NCBI GenBank assembly: GCA_043228905.1
Contig: JBHGNT010000030.1
Span: 1-64,000 of the forward strand
DNA length: 64,000 nucleotides
Origin: Azolla caroliniana
Taxonomy: Eukaryota > Plantae > Polypodiophyta
Direction: 5' to 3'
Made by a program: the position numbers and the translations under genes. The first letter of the stretch is position 1. Each line of letters starts with the position of its first letter. This document shows, piece by piece, positions 34,186 to 48,914 of the stretch. Below the pieces are notes generated by a model. The model saw only the letters and a program-made list of their open reading frames with translations. It had not been told where the DNA came from and ran no database searches.

Positions 34186-34308
34186 GAGGGGGAGTACAAG
34201 CGAGAACCGGGTACAAGCCGAAGAGGAACCAGATATTGTCTGAACCGGATACTAGCCGAAGCGAACATCAATCGAAAGGAATCGACCCGAGTTGATCTTG
34301 AGGGGGCA

Positions 34309-34756
34309 TGTTGAGAATCAAGCTCAACATAGTGCAACGTGTGAACACACCTTTTGAGAATCTATGATTACTCAAAGGTCAAGACTCACACCACTACTCT
34401 CTACACATTAACTATGTGTCATAGAATCATATTCTATGACACATAACTAATGAGTTACATATTCCCCATGACTATGAGTCTTCACATTCCCCAAGAGAGA
34501 GTGGTTGTTGTAGTTAGTTAATGAAGAGAGAGGGTGACTATATATAAAGCACCCTCATACTTCATACTAAGTAGGTTGTGACTCCTTGTAATGCTACATT
34601 TTGTATTTGTTATTCTACTTGTGAATATACACCTTCTTCTTGAGTATTCCTTTTTCTATCTATCGTGTGTTCTCTTTTCTCTCCTCTAATTCCCGTCACA
34701 CATACACATAACACACATCTCTTCTGCTACACAAGAATCATACCCGGTTCTTTACA
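34309..34756 (+). repeat. 3' LTR of Copia A
   Basis: Direct repeat of 7250-7697, preceded by the PPT. Confidence 0.93.
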
Positions 34757-35602
34757 TAGTGGAAAGGGCAGTTGCCCTAAGTCAGTTAGTATTCAAACCG
34801 ACTTTTGTAATCTAATGTTGAGGTTGTTCTTTTTTGGTTGTTGCTGCCATTCATTTGTAACTCGGAGCTTCAATAATACAATTACATCTTGCTTGTGCTA
34901 TCATTGTGTTTCTTCTTCCCATTGCTTTGTTGATCTTGTCTTATGATCTAGTTTCCTATTGCACAAAATCTATTTCTCTATCTATTCATCTGATGATCTT
35001 CATTATCAAGAGTGGTAAGATATTGTTCTGCACCTAGACGACTGCCTCCAACAACAACCATGTGTGAAGTACATACCTTCTTCCTCAATCATTTGCATTT
35101 GATCATAATTCAAATGAGTGATCATCATACCTTGTGTGTTTTGCTTGACGTTGTTGTTCAAGACACATATTGCCTCATACTCGTCGATGTTGTCGACCAT
35201 TCCTAGTTTAGTGTAGCTACACAGCTTGTGTATGGAGGAGCTCCACCACATTTCCATTTTGAGAAGATATGAAAAAGCCAACAAAAAGACATGGCATTCA
35301 TCGGGAAAGATTTCGAACAGATTGCAAGGATTTTTAAATTGCAATGGAAATGCTGTTGCAAATTCACCAAGGAGATGTTGAGATAGAATTACACTCTATT
35401 GTAGAGGCCCAATCCCTATTTGCAACATGTGGTACCTTGGTTGAAGGAAAAAGAGGTTTTTGAAACCATGCATATGAGAGATATTATACCATGGAATGCA
35501 ATTATTGTTGAGGACTGAAGTCGTCAATGTGAAAACATCATGAACACTTTGATATGAAGATCACCGAGTACACAAGTAGAAGACAACATTAGAGATGAGA
35601 AT

Positions 35603-35650
<48 letters not shown>

Positions 35651-35934
35651 AAGAGGCACACAATGTAACAGTTTATTCAGAATAGTTACAACACAATAGA
35701 GGCAACGACTCTCTCACAATGGCAACAACAACAACAAACTAGGTTACAAAGCCCATTATATACTAGCTGGGCTAGGGCAACTGCCCTTTGACATATTTAC
35801 ATAATTGTCCTAAATCTAGTTTGTCCAAGATACAATGTGAATACAACCATTATAGACTAGTATTTGACACTCCCCCGTAATGGGCGTATAGAACGGAATC
35901 TGTAATAAAGAAATAGAGTAACCAATACAAATTT

Positions 35935-36200
35935 TTACAAGGTTGTCAAACAAATCAGACTTCTGTTCAAGTCAATAAACTCTGAAAAACAGGAGGCCGA
36001 ATCGGTCAGAGTCGGAGGAGCTGAGACCGAACCTCGAACTGTTGATAATGATTGTTGGAAATCAGACTTCTGTTCAAGGTTGTCAAACAAATTAGAGTTC
36101 TGTTCAAGTCAATAAACTCTAAAAAACAGGAGGCCGAATCGGTTGGAGTCGGAGGAGCTAAGACCGAACCTCGAACTGTTGATAATGATTGTTGGAAACC
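35935..36200. repeat. Tandem duplication (~135 bp x2) in the 3' UTR of Copia I
   Basis: GGTTGTCAAACAAAT..GTCGGAGGAGCT..GATAATGATTGTTGGAA occurs twice. Confidence 0.8.
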
Positions 36201-36432
36201 ATCCCGAGTGTCCGTCTCAATTGGACTAATTCTTCATTACGCCCATTTGGTGCCAAAGGGATTGGAATCGATCTGCCGAAAGACACTTGGTCATCTTGTC
36301 TGTGACATTATCGGTTGTACGTATTTTCTCGAGGCCGATTTTCCCTGAAGTGACACAATCCCAAACAAAGTGATATCAAACGTCGATATGCTTGGAGGCA
36401 TTGTGATGAACCAAATTTTTCGATAGAGCAAC

Positions 36433-36901
36433 TAACAATCGACAACGGTTCGGTTTGAACCGAACCGAACCACGAAACTGCAGTTTAACAGTTTCAACAG
36501 TTCGGTTCAGTTTTGGTTTGGTTTCAACAGTAAAAAACTGCAGTTTAAACAGTTAAACTGTTTCTATTTTTAAATTTTTTTTTAAATTTAAAAAATTATA
36601 AAAATTGTTTTTTAACAATCTTTTCATTTTAACACCTTATTCTCACATTTTAGGAACATCTTAAAAATTTTAAAAATCCTAAATAATGAAATATTATAAA
36701 TTTTAATAAAAAATAAAATAAAATTGACCTATGTTGAAAACCGAAACCGAATCACGAAACCGTGGTTTTTACGGTTTGAAAAATGTTTATCGGTTCGGTT
36801 TAACAGTTTTGCAGTTTGGTTCAGGTTTTTTAAATTTCAACGGTTCGGTTCCAAACTGGTTCGGTTTGAACCCTCTCGAACCGAACTGTTGCCGATTGTT
36901 A
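36433..36901. mobile_element. hAT-type MITE (copy 2) in Copia I RNase H
   Basis: TIRs TAACAATCG.CAAC.GTTCGGTT / AACCGAACTGTTGCCGATTGTTA. Perfect 8-bp TSD AGAGCAAC (36425-36432, 36902-36909). AACCG subterminal repeats. Confidence 0.92.
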
Positions 36902-39900
36902 AGAGCAACAATTGTACCCTGATTGTCGTTGTAGACCACTGGAGCTGAGTCAGAGTCAACTTGTTGAAATGTGTGCGCCAGCCGCTTGAGCCATAAAGAC
37001 TCTTTCGCCACATCGGACGTAGCTACGTATTCAGCCTCGGTTGTTGATGTGGCAGTGCATTCCTAAAGTTTCGATTTCCACGAAATTGCTCCATTGCCAA
37101 ACTTGAAGCAATATCCGGTTGTTGATTTTCGGTTGTCCACACAGCCGGCGAAATTCGAGTCAGTGTAACCGACTACACCTAAACTTTTGTTCAGACCGAA
37201 GGGATGCCAAGGTCTTCTGTGCCCACCAAGTATCTGAATACATGCTTAACTGCATTCCAGTGCAATCGACCTGGGTTGTGCATGAATCTGCTAACAACTC
37301 CTACACATGAGCAATATCAGGTCGTGTTGCGACCATCGTGTACATCAAGGAGCCGATTGCCAGTGAATACGGTACCGACTTCATAATTTCTCCCTCTGAA
37401 CAAAATGTCAGGCAGTCTCGCTAAGATAACCGAAAGTTAATGGGGAACGGGGCCGAAGCAAATTTGGTCGATTGCATGTTGAAGCGCTCTAAAACATGTC
37501 TGTTGTAGTTGGCTTCAGACAAGAGTGGTTGTCGTTGATTCCGGAGCCGACTAATCTTCATACCAAGAATGTGTCAAGCAAGACCTAGGCCCTTCATTGC
37601 AAATTTCAACCGATGTTGCCAAACAAGATCGGCAAGCTCTCCAACATGCCTGCTAGATAGTAGCATGTCATCCACATATAAGATGAGGAAGATGGGTGAC
37701 CCGTCTTGAGTTGTTTTCGTGAAGAGACATGGGTCCTCATCGCTCTAAGAGAAGCCAACCGATTAGATAAAGTTGTCGAACTTCTTGTACCACTATCACG
37801 ATGCCTGTTTAAGGCCGTAAAGATTCTTCTTGAATCGACAAACTAGATGCTCTTGGCCGACTGCAATGAAGCCTTTCGACTGTTCCATGAAGATTTCCTA
37901 CTCTAAGTCACCATGGAGGTAGGTTGTCTTTACATCTAACTGTATAAGCTCCAAATCCTCGACGATAATGACACAAAGTAGAAATCGAAGGGTCGTCATT
38001 TTCACCACTGGTGAAAAAATTTCGTCGAAGTTGACGGCATATTGCTGTCGGAAACCCTTCGCGACTAACCTAGCCTTGTACTTTAGGGTGGCCGAATTAG
38101 ACGTCTCTTTGATTCGATAGACCCATTTGCATGGAAGAGCACATCGATTCTTCGGTGATTCAACCAAGTCCCAAGTCTTATTTGCCTGAATGGAGTTCAT
38201 TTCTGACTCCATCACCAGATGCCATGTGGCCAAATCGGCTGATGCCGATGCTTCTTCGTATGACATCGGTTCACCGACATTTGTAAAGAAGATTCCAAGA
38301 GAGTATCTCTTTGGGGGTTGTGATAGTCTCCCGGATCTTCGAGGTATGATTGGATTAATCGCATCAGGTGTCAAAGTCGAATGGTCCGAAGCCGAATCAT
38401 TCGATTGTGCTGAGTTGGTCGTTGTCAAGTCGGGGCTTGAGGATTCGGCTACCTATGAGGCCGACCTTGTGTTATCCGTTGGGCCTTCGTGAAGGGTTGG
38501 CACGTTTGAAAAAACTACCCTTCAGACTTCAATAGGCCTTTCGGTCGTCTTATGCAGAGCTGACTCATTGAACACTAAGTCCAAACTTTGAACGATCTGT
38601 CTGTGCTCGGGGTCCCAAAGTTGGTATCCGATCTCGCCTTATGGTCCATAATTGAGGAAAATGCATTTCCTGCACCTTGGGGTAAGTTTGCAACGGTCGT
38701 CCTTTGGTATGAGGGCGTAAGCCTCGCATTCGAATATCCTCAGCTTGTCATAAGTCGGCTTACTGCCGGTCCATAATTCTTGAGGTATTCGAAGGCCTAG
38801 AGGCCTACTCGGCGACATATTGATTATGTGTACTGCCGTAAGTAGGGCCTCTGCCCAAAAGCCATCCGACAGTCTAGAGGGTTGGAGCATGGATACTATC
38901 CTTTCTTGAATTGTCTAATTTATCCGTTCGGCAATTCCGTTCTGTTTTGGATTATAGGGTGTCATATATTCACGTCGAATGTTGCATTGTCGACAAAATT
39001 TGATGAATTCTTCATACTTGAAATCTCCTCCATTATCGGTTCGAAGGCATTTCGGCATTCGACTGGACTGGCTTCTCCACCGTAACGAGCCATTCGGAAA
39101 AAATTGAGAACACTCGATCTATGGTTTTGATTGGATAAGCCCACACTTTGTGAGTCGAGTCATCGATAAAGCTGATGAAGTACAAGGCACCGCCGAGAGA
39201 CTGATGTAGCATAGGACCACAAACGTTTGAGTGGACCAAATTGAGTGGATTCGATTCTATGGGTGCTGATGTCGGGTGTGATGTAGCTATCTGTTTGCCA
39301 TATTAGCAATGCTCGCAGAATTGATGATCGGAGAAGGAGAGTTTGGGGATATATCTGACTTTGGATAAATGCGTGATGTCGGCATTGCTGAGGTGTCCGA
39401 GTTGTCCATGCCATAATAATGATACATGAATATCAACCAAGAACAAGTCACCCTCTCTGAGTGTGACATATAGCGGGTACAGTGAATGTACTTTTGGTCC
39501 TCGAGCAAGCAAGAGGTTCCCCTTGTGGAGTGTCCACCCTCCTGATGAGAAGCCGGCACGGATGTCGTCTTCATCCAATTGTCGGACTGAGATCAGAGGT
39601 CTTGAGAGCTCAGGTACATGTCAGACATTGTGTAGTACTAATGTAGAACCACATGGGAGATTGAGTTCTATAGTGCCAATTCCAATGATAGCACAATGTT
39701 GTGAATTTCCGACTCATACTGAGTCGGGGTGTCAGACCGAATATTGCCGAAATTGGGATGATCTGTGAGAGGTCACATGGTAGGATGCACCCAAATCCAA
39801 GAGCCACATGCTCGATTCCTCAGTTGTAAGCAGAACTTCTAATTCGATTGGGTTCTCAATGGATAGTATATTCGGGTCATTAGACAGTACTTCGGCTGAA

Positions 39901-40495
39901 GAGTCGATTTAATTGACCTTCTCATGCCGGCCACTCTTTTGATCAACTCGTTGAGCCTTATCATTCTTGGCTTTGAGTGCACGACAATCAGCTTTGATGT
40001 GCCCGGGTTTCTTGCAGTAGTTGCATATTCAATTGTCCCGGGACTTGTTTTGACTTCGTTGGTTGTTCGGCTGTCGGGAAGAGCTTCTTCCTTGACTGTT
40101 TGGTCGGTCAGTCGAACCTTGTACTACATAAGAATAATTGGCCGAGTCATTCGCAAACGATTTCCTACGAGCTGCTTCAGTCAAAATTACGCTCGTGACT
40201 ACGGAGTACTTAACGATGGCAGTTGACGCATTCCACACAGTTGTGACGAAAGTTTCCCACGAAGGGGGGAGACTACTCATGAGCAACATTGCTCTCAGTT
40301 CATCTTCGTCCCTTGAGGCGAAATCTAGGAGCTTAAACTTTCGTACTTGTTCATGTGTGCCTGGACCAAGTCGAATTCCTTCATCCGAAGGGTTTAAAGA
40401 TGACGAATCCGATAGATCTTTGTGGCGGCCACCTTCTTCTCATAATTGTCTGACAATGTCTTCCATACTTGGAAGGACACGATTGCACTATGAAG

Positions 40496-41100
40496 TGCTG
40501 GGAATATGTCCCTCCAGTGGGAGGAAGAGCCGACTGTTCGGAAAGCCGACTGTCGAAGGGTCGAAAACAGTGATTCGACTATTATTATTATTATGGTAAT
40601 AATAATGATGATGTTAGGAAACAGGTCACTCCGAATGGGGAGAGAGAGGAGCCGAGTGTTGAAACCAGAATCGTGTATATAGCCAACTCGGGAGACTATA
40701 CTTGTAAATAGTCTCAATGTGCGCCCCATGAGGGTTAGGTATGTAAATAGCCAGAAATTTGTGTAAGTATATATGCAACCAGGGCAAACTTTAAGAAGTA
40801 GAATAGAAGAGAACATAATTGTGAGTGTGAGATAGAAGTGTGTGTCGCGCCATAGCTGTGTGAGTAATAGCAGACGCGAAGAGCCCTGCGTGGTTGATAC
40901 ACTCAACAGAGTGTTGTAACCCTCTCACTGTTGTATATCCACTATCCACAGTGAAGATCTATTCCCGTGGTTTTCTCCTGTTTTTTTAGGGTTTCCACGT
41001 AAACATCTGTGCATAGTTGTCTATCTCTCTTTTTTTTTGTGATTCGTATTTCAGCATTGTCTGTTCATTGTGATTTAAATTCCGAAATGATTTCTCAACA
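40496..41100 (+). mobile_element. Copia solo LTR J inserted in Copia I gag
   Basis: TG..CA, 605 bp, perfect TSD TGAAG (40491-40495, 41101-41105). Motif CCCGTGGTTTT..AGGGTTTCCACGT is shared with the Copia D LTR. Confidence 0.88.
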
Positions 41101-44100
41101 TGAAGTACACTGACTCCGACAAGTGCATTCAAATTGTGGCACAACTATTTTGTCCAGCTTCTGCCATTCGTTCGGCTCAATGTATCCTTCTAGAGCATTT
41201 TCGTTTTTCGATGGGGTCAATTTGCCCTATGACTTTCATATATTCTTGCATTTGCTCCTTCCAAAAGTTGAAGTTCGATCCATCAAACTTCCTTAGACTC
41301 ATTTCTCATGAGTTGTATGTTGATGCCATTTGTGTCAGTTTTTGAGAGACTCTGTTCAGAGTTGTCTATGAACAGTGTTTGGGTGCAACCGATTGGCTCT
41401 CCCGAATTCGTTCTAGCCGAGTTGGAACACGAGCCGAGTCAGATTCGAGTATCAGTGGATTCGATCCGGAGTGACTACGGCTGATTAGCCTAGTCAAATT
41501 GGATCCAAATTTGCCGATTGGATTTCGAATGTCGATTTCAAGATGTCAATCACAGATTATGTGCCAATTATGGGTGATTGCAACGATGAGAGGGACGGAG
41601 TCGACTGGTCCTCCCAAATGTCATTCAGTCGAATTAAACACGGATTGGAATTGTTCCCTAGAGCTCATGCTGGTACGAGTGATTACGACGAGCGAGTAAA
41701 CAACGTCGATTGACCTATTCGATTGTGGTCTAATTCGATGTAGCACGATTGAGGCAAAGCCTTCAAAACAAAATCTCACTCCAAGTGGCTACAATCACGG
41801 GGGTAAAGTGCAGCCAACTGGCTTACTTTAATGGTGATTTAGAACAATGGAGTGCAGGTTTTGCAAGCGTTCCTCTTCACAGAAATGATATTGTAGAGAG
41901 TTGCCAACCGAGATCTTCAAGGTGTACATAGAAAAGTTGTTGATGGAGACTAAATAGACGGTTGCATCAAAATCGAAGACACCAAGCTCTGATACCAAAT
42001 GTTGAGGATTGAGGCCGTCAGTGCGGAAACATCAACAACACTTTGATATGAAGATCACCGATTACACAAGTTGAAGACAAGATAAGAGATGAGAATATTA
42101 GAGTGAGAGAGAGAGAGAGACAAAGAGGCACGCAATGTAACAAATTATTCAGAATAGTTACAATACAATAGAGGCAACGACTCTCTCACAATAGCAACAA
42201 CAACAACAAACTAAGGTTACAAAGCCCATTATATACTAGTTGGGCTAGGGCAACTGCCCTTTGACATATTTACAGAATTATCTTAAATCTAGTTTGTCCA
42301 AGATACAATGTGAATACGGCCATTATAGACGAGTATTCGGCAATGATCACATGCTATGCAAAGAGTGGTAATAGCTTTGAGCCTTGAAGTTATTGTTAAA
42401 AATGTTGGGCGAGAATGTGAAACATAATCTTAGACTGCATTGATGTCTGGATATGAATTACAAGGTGATGTAAAGGAGGTATTGAGGTTGTTGAAGAGGG
42501 GGATAATATAAGAAAAAGCAATGATCTTGATTGGGTTCAATGCTTCATGCATATAAGGATTCCTTTGCTGGCTTTTTTCTAGAGGTTGGACTATTCACGC
42601 ATAAAGACTTTGTGCTTCAATGTATGAACACCCCTTTTTAGGAAGGATACACATAATATCAAGAACACATGTATACTCCGGTCCCATAGGTCAAAACTGA
42701 CCTCTTTATGTACGATAAAAACATTCTAAATTCTACTTCTCTCTCACACATATACACCCTTAATATGTTCTCTACATGTGGAACGACATAGTTAATAGGG
42801 ACACACCATCTCGAGGTTGGATAGGTAGGGACAATGATTAGAGGTTAGGTGGAAGGCGGTAAAAGTGGGGGGTGAGCTATTCTTGGCCTCTTGACCATTG
42901 GATAATTTACTTCATTGACAAAGATGTTGATGCATCATTAGGGAGTGACCCCATACTAGAGTCTCTCTTAGTGCTACGTCTTGGGTTTCATGGATGAATC
43001 CTACCTAGTACATTTCAAGGGACTATTGGATGCTATTTGGCAACCTCTTTTGAACATATTGAATTTTTTTTCCCTTGAAAGATTTTCTTCAATAGTATTA
43101 AAAACATTGAAAAAGTACAAGTAAAAGTTATCTGCCCGTAGGCTTACAACGTAGAATAAAAGACAATGTATGTACACCTAAACCTGTACATACAAAAACA
43201 ACTTATACAGGGATGTTGAACCTTAATACGGTACATTAACATGTTGTTTTTTGTATCAAGAAAGGGTCCATGGAAGTTGAACTATTGTCAACAATGTTTC
43301 CCATATCTCAAGCAATACCTTTGAAAGACCAAGCTTTGTTGCATCGTAAAGTCGACTGCATCTACATTTCCATAATACCCATAATGTTATCGTAGTCACA
43401 GTTTTTCAGACTTGGACAGATCACACCTGCTTTCGAGGTTGCTGAAATGGACTAACCGATATCAATCTTCTGTTATGTACCGTCATGACCTCTTGTCTAT
43501 CGTCTGCCTCATACAACATCAAGCCGGAGTGTACAATTCCCCAACCGCTACTCCCCATGAGAACAAGCAACCAACATTGATCGTTAGAAATAAAGAAAGA
43601 ACTTTATTCCATACTTGCTGAGCCAAGGAACAAGACCAGAGGGCATATTAACATATTAACATATTTTGGCTATTTTAGGTTGAACATATTGAATATTAAC
43701 TAACACTACGTTATAAATGCATGATTTCCATGGCATGCTTATACATAAGTATACACAAATTGAAATTTATAAACACACTCCTTAAACAAAGCACTTGAGG
43801 AATCACTTCATTTTTGGATGCTATTTGGCAACCTCTTTTGAACATATTGAATATCTAACATTACGTTATAAATGCACAATTTCCATGGCATTATTATACA
43901 TAAGTTAACACAATAAGCATACACTAATTGAAGCTTATAAGCACAATACTTAAACAAAGCACTTGATGAATCACTTCATATATATAGTTTCCCAAAGAAA
44001 TTATTGGTTGTTAAGCTTATTGAGGATTCAAGAGTTTATAAATAAATAAATAAACTTAAAATAACAGTAAATGACTAATCTCGATCCAAAATTGCACTTA

Positions 44101-46056
44101 CGCTACATTTGTCTCTTGCAAGTTTTACCACTTCACAACATGTTCATAAAATATCAAATTCCAATGCCACATCTTCGACTTGTTTCAAATAGGAATTTGG
44201 TTGAAAGAATTAACAATATTCCCAAGTTCTAGTGTGGCCCTCAAGTTGCTCTTGCATGTCTTGTAAAAGCTTTGATTGCTTTAAATTATTTTTATTTTAC
44301 TTTTTTAGCTTTTCTCATCATGTTTCAAGAGAGATAGTTGACAATGAGATTGTAGGGAATGGTGGGATGGCATCACCACGTGGTATCCTACTCCTCACCG
44401 CTCCCATCCAAGAGCCTTAAAAATGGTTTTACTCTTGATATAGTGTTTGGATTCAAAAGCTTACAAGGACTTTGATTAAGTCTTAAAAATGCTTGAATCC
44501 TCAAACGCTTCACTTTCCTCTGTTTTTGGCACTACATCAACAATATTTTCAAAAAAAACTTAAATGAACCTACCAACACTTCTAGGGGATTCTTTAGTTT
44601 GTTAATTGGTCAGTGTAATATATGTTCTCTTGAGGTAGTATGAAGAATCTACACCATTGTATTGTGAATGAATGTCCAAAGTTAGTAAGATTGACAAAGG
44701 ATCTTTCAAGGGGCACACACAAGCATTGTTCTTTGTGTACAACAAGGAAGATAGTAGACCACGATGTTATTCTCTATATGTGACAATCTATTGGATATTA
44801 GGAGATGTTCAAACTCAATAGCATTGGCTATATTGACTATTCCCCTTCTGACCAAGTTGCTAGCTTGTATTGCCACTTGATGGGGAAAGGCATTTCTCTG
44901 GTTTTAATTATTGTGTTGACATACTCCAATACACTACATGACCTACATCCACAAAATGTGGGATGGAGTAGAACAGATCTTTTATAATCCATGATGAGGC
45001 CAAATTTGACCTATCAACATATCATCTTGTATGTGACTACTTCCTAAGAAGGGGGGTTATTACTCTGTAGTAATGGACACTCATATGTGCACACCCTTGT
45101 TTGGGACAATTTTGAGTATGACACTCACACTATTATGTCAGTCTAACAAGCCATCATATTTATCGTGTTAAGCAAGTGATAATTATCACCCACTAGGTTT
45201 TGATTGCATACCTCTCATATCTTCATGGTTGTGTGATGCTGTCATGACGCTACCTCAACACCTAACTTGTGTGATCGAGTTTGAAGAAGTGTTAAGGGGT
45301 AGAGAGGTGCTAGATGCATTTATTGTGTTATACCACCCAACAAATTTTGATTTGAAGGGCTAAAAAGCTTAGTGGGTAAAATGCTTGACTCATATCTTTC
45401 CAAGAATAATTGTATTGGTTGCTAAAAAGTTGATAGGCTAGCTTAAGCTTCTCGAGGGGAAAATGTGAGACTTCAATATTTCCAAGTAAGGCATATTAGA
45501 ACAATAAGTGGAACATGAACAAGATGCCTAAATCATTAACAAAATGCAACTAAATTTGCATCTCTAACGAATTAAACTTCGATTACTTGCTCATTTCATT
45601 GTCATGGATGGCGGGTCGTGACTAACAAACATGTCGATCACTTGTGTCCTCTATTAGACATTCATTGTCCAAGTGCCTTTTTTTTTTTCGTAAACAATGG
45701 CTTTCATTACGAAAGAAAAAAACACCACCATGAGTAACTTACTACAAAGTATAGAACCCTTCTATCTAGGCATCTAAAAACACAACTACTCTACAACGAC
45801 TCCAAACTCAATGCCACCGGACACACCAATTCATAATGGGCAAATAATAAATGATATGTGGCCTTGTAGAGTTCTCGTTCTTTCTCTCTCTCTCTCTGGT
45901 CGATCATCTTGTTTTGTCGATGGAAAGGCGACCTCGTCTACAGAGTGTGTCGGAGGTTAATAGAAGAGGCGGTGGCGTTCTTCTTTGCGGATCACGTGTC
46001 AGCGTGAAACTTGTGAAATCTCTTGGCACATACATACAAAGATGATGATTGAGGCC

Positions 46057-46067
46057 TAGAAAAGGAA

Positions 46068-46127
<60 letters not shown>

Positions 46128-46289
46128 CCATGGAAGCACCTGAAAGAAAAAGATGTGTTGTAGGCTGTATAGCTAATAAAGAATGAATAATGGAAGAGAT
46201 TAAGAAAATGCCCACATCAGGTTGCGGCGGGGAAGGAGATGTCGTGTGAACACTCCCCTCCCCTTCTCAGGTAATGCTGTAGGGCAGTT

Positions 46290-46340
<51 letters not shown>
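46057..46340. repeat. (AG)n and (CT)n microsatellites in the KCBP promoter/5' UTR region
   Basis: Long AG tract ~46070-46125 and CT tract ~46290-46338, just upstream of the ATG. Confidence 0.85.
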
Positions 46341-46341
<1 letters not shown>

Positions 46342-46482
46342 AATTGCCCCTGTCCCTCTCTAATACTCTGTCTTTCATTAGTTCTGTTTCTCCCCTCTTT
46401 CCTGTGCTATGAACGACCCAGATTGATCCAATCCTGGAGGAACCCATTACAAAAACTGGATGATCTCTGTCTTTAGGAGAGG

Positions 46483-48872
46483 ATGGAAGGATCAGAGAGC
46501 AAAGTGTCTTCTTCCGTATCCAGCAATGCTACCCCTCTTCACTCGGGAGCAGATGAGGATTCTGACAAAGATAGCATTGATTCTGCTCGGTTAGTATCTG
46601 TTTATTTGTTCAGAAAAAAAGTATGAATCTTTCCTTCATGCCTAAGGAAGGAAGGACACCCCCTTTTTTTATTATTTCTATCAGCATATATTTTTAATTT
46701 AAATGGAACAGCTTCCTATAGGTTTTGAATATATTCTAATCATTTGATATACGATGCATACTTCTGAATGTATTAAATCCATATACATGTGTTGATTGTC
46801 GGTTCAAAATGAGATATAACTTCGTTTGATCAATGATTGTTGGTTGGAAATGAGATATAGCTTAATGTGATCCAATGGTTCTAGTACATTAACAATTACC
46901 AAGGTCGTATGGGCATGTGATTATGAATGCGATGCCTGGGTAAATGGTGCCATTAATGTTGGTTAATTTTCTTGAGTTGCCGGTTGGAAATATATAGAAA
47001 GGGAACACTTTGCCTAGTCATATGGGCATATGATTATGAATGCATCCTATTGGTCAATGTTTGGGAAAAAGTTGTCAAAAATGCAAGTAATTTCCCTGAA
47101 CTTACTGATCAGAAATACATAGAAAGGGAACACAATCCAACAGAAATCTTTAAATTTCTACTGAAATTTATGGTATTTTCTCATCATCTCTTATCGGTCA
47201 TGCATGAAAAATAAATGTACGCCAATAAATAAAGAAAAGTTCTCATGTGACACTCAACTACTCTCATGTCAATCCTATGCTATTGTGCCCACCTAATAAT
47301 TGACGATCACAGAGTACATCAACAACAACTGAGACCACAGGTTTGTACTGTTCCATGGGATGGGAGCAATGGCAGACAAGACTGGCACACCTCATATGAT
47401 CTGGCATATAGTTAGTTCTTTCCTGCTTGAGACTAGGGTGCTTAGAAGTCAATGATCCAAAGAAGCCCTTATTGCTTAAGGTGATTCGACTGGACATGTT
47501 TCCAAGCCAAACAAATGCGAAGCATTTATCTGCAACACCAAACCAGAGAACGTGGGTTACAAATGGGAGAGAACAAAAATTAATTAGCATCTTGGGATGC
47601 AAGTTCTCATAGTATTTGGTCCACATCTATTACTATTATCTTGTGGCTATTCTATTGTGCTTCCTGGAGGGTGGACAATAAAAACTATTGATGGATAACT
47701 GATCTGTGTGCAATATGGTGAAGGGAAATAACAATCATGATTGGCCATGGCTGCAGTCAATTGTGCTATCCTGCCCCACTATTTGGGAACTCCATCCATT
47801 ATCCAAGTGGAATCTCCATAATTGAAACTTCCTCCTACAATAGGAGTTAGGGTATACACGAAGTCCATGAAATGCTTGAGAAAGCTTAACATCTGCAGTT
47901 TTAGGGGGAGCTCAAAAGAAAAAGAGTCTTTGAGGCAATAATCCTTACCTTTGCCAAATGCCGAAAGACAATATGGGATTTCTTGTTTTTGAAACTATGG
48001 TTTTATATATTTATTTATTTATATCTATCTATCTATCTATCTATCTATATATATATATAAATAACGAGAGAGAATAGATAGAGAGAGAAGAAAGAAATAT
48101 ATATTAAAGTCTTTAGTGAGGCCAAAATGGCCTATAAGACCAAGAAAGAGATTACATCTTAAAGTGTTGTCTCGTCTTCGAGAAACGGCATACCAAAATA
48201 AATAAATGTAACTAAACAAAAAAGTAAATTGAAATAGGCTAATGTGTGACTAAAGAATCTTGTCATTTATGAATATAAGATACTCAAACCAGATATATAG
48301 TAATTTCCGTGTTTGAAAGATGTCTAGCATAGGTCGATCAAGATTGGAGAGGTCCCCGAATCAAGGAAAGCACGTGCAATGGCAGGAGATGATGGCCTTT
48401 ATCTATTGATGATAGGGGTGATGAGATTGTGATCCTAGAGGCCAAGGCCTCTGTGCACGACAAATTGCTATTGCCTGATCTATTTTAACTCTTTTGCAAT
48501 GTCTTGGTTGGCAGCCCATTTGGGTAGCCCTTAATTGACTTGTAGCATGAGTAGGAATAATGGCTTAAAGAAAGTTGTGAACGTTCTTTATTAATGAGCT
48601 TTGTGTGGCTATATTGTTGTCCAACAATTTCTCCGTGTCCCTTGAGTTCTACCAAGAAAAGCCCCAAGCACTGTTGGTCGTCATATTCCATTACCTTGTG
48701 TAGTAGACCAAAGCCTTGGTGAAAGAGGCAATGGTATCTCCCTCTTATTTCATAAAAAATAGTACACTGAAAAATAGTGTTCTTGAGAGAGAGAGAGAGG
48801 GAAAGAAGAAGAAGAAGAAGATATATTAACGTCTTTGAAGAGGCCAAAATGGCCTATAAGACCAAACAAGAG

Positions 48873-48914
<42 letters not shown>

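Larger units (their letters stand above)
7250..34756 (+). mobile_element. Ty1/Copia LTR retrotransposon A (degenerate; host of the nest)
   Basis: LTRs 7250-7697 and 34309-34756 (TG..CA; about 15 substitutions and 2 indels by eye). TSD TAGTA/TAGTG. PBS TGGCATCAAAGC at 7698. PPT GAGGGGGCA before 34309. Gag-PR-IN-RT-RH order in fragments. Confidence 0.93.
35506..42342 (-). mobile_element. Ty1/Copia LTR retrotransposon I (degenerate)
   Basis: LTRs 35506-35869 and 42000-42342. TSD ATTAT/ATGAT. PBS TGGTATCAGAGC at 41997-41986. PPT GGGGGAG next to 35870. Fragments of gag (LMSSLPPSWETFVTT), IN (FWAEALLTAVHIIN), RT (YKARLVAKGF, QLDVKT) and RH (ASKHIDV). Confidence 0.92.
35415..42410 (+). pseudogene. 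PLS-class PPR gene remnant split by Copia I
   Basis: 35415-35505 joined to 42343-42410 reads LFATCGTLVEG..VFETMHMRDIIPWNA|MITCYAKSGNSFE.LKLLLKM, a typical PPR P/L/S motif, with frameshifts. Confidence 0.65.

Noticed and set aside
40612-40625. Alternative solo LTR start TGTTAGGAA
   Set aside because: The TGAAG TSD and host gag continuity place the start at 40496.
43020-43990. Short local duplications (about 38 bp, and ~160 bp tandem)
   Set aside because: Ordinary local duplication with no element structure.
45851-46476. ORFs around the KCBP promoter
   Set aside because: Driven by (AG)/(CT) microsatellites giving SLSL runs; no recognisable protein.
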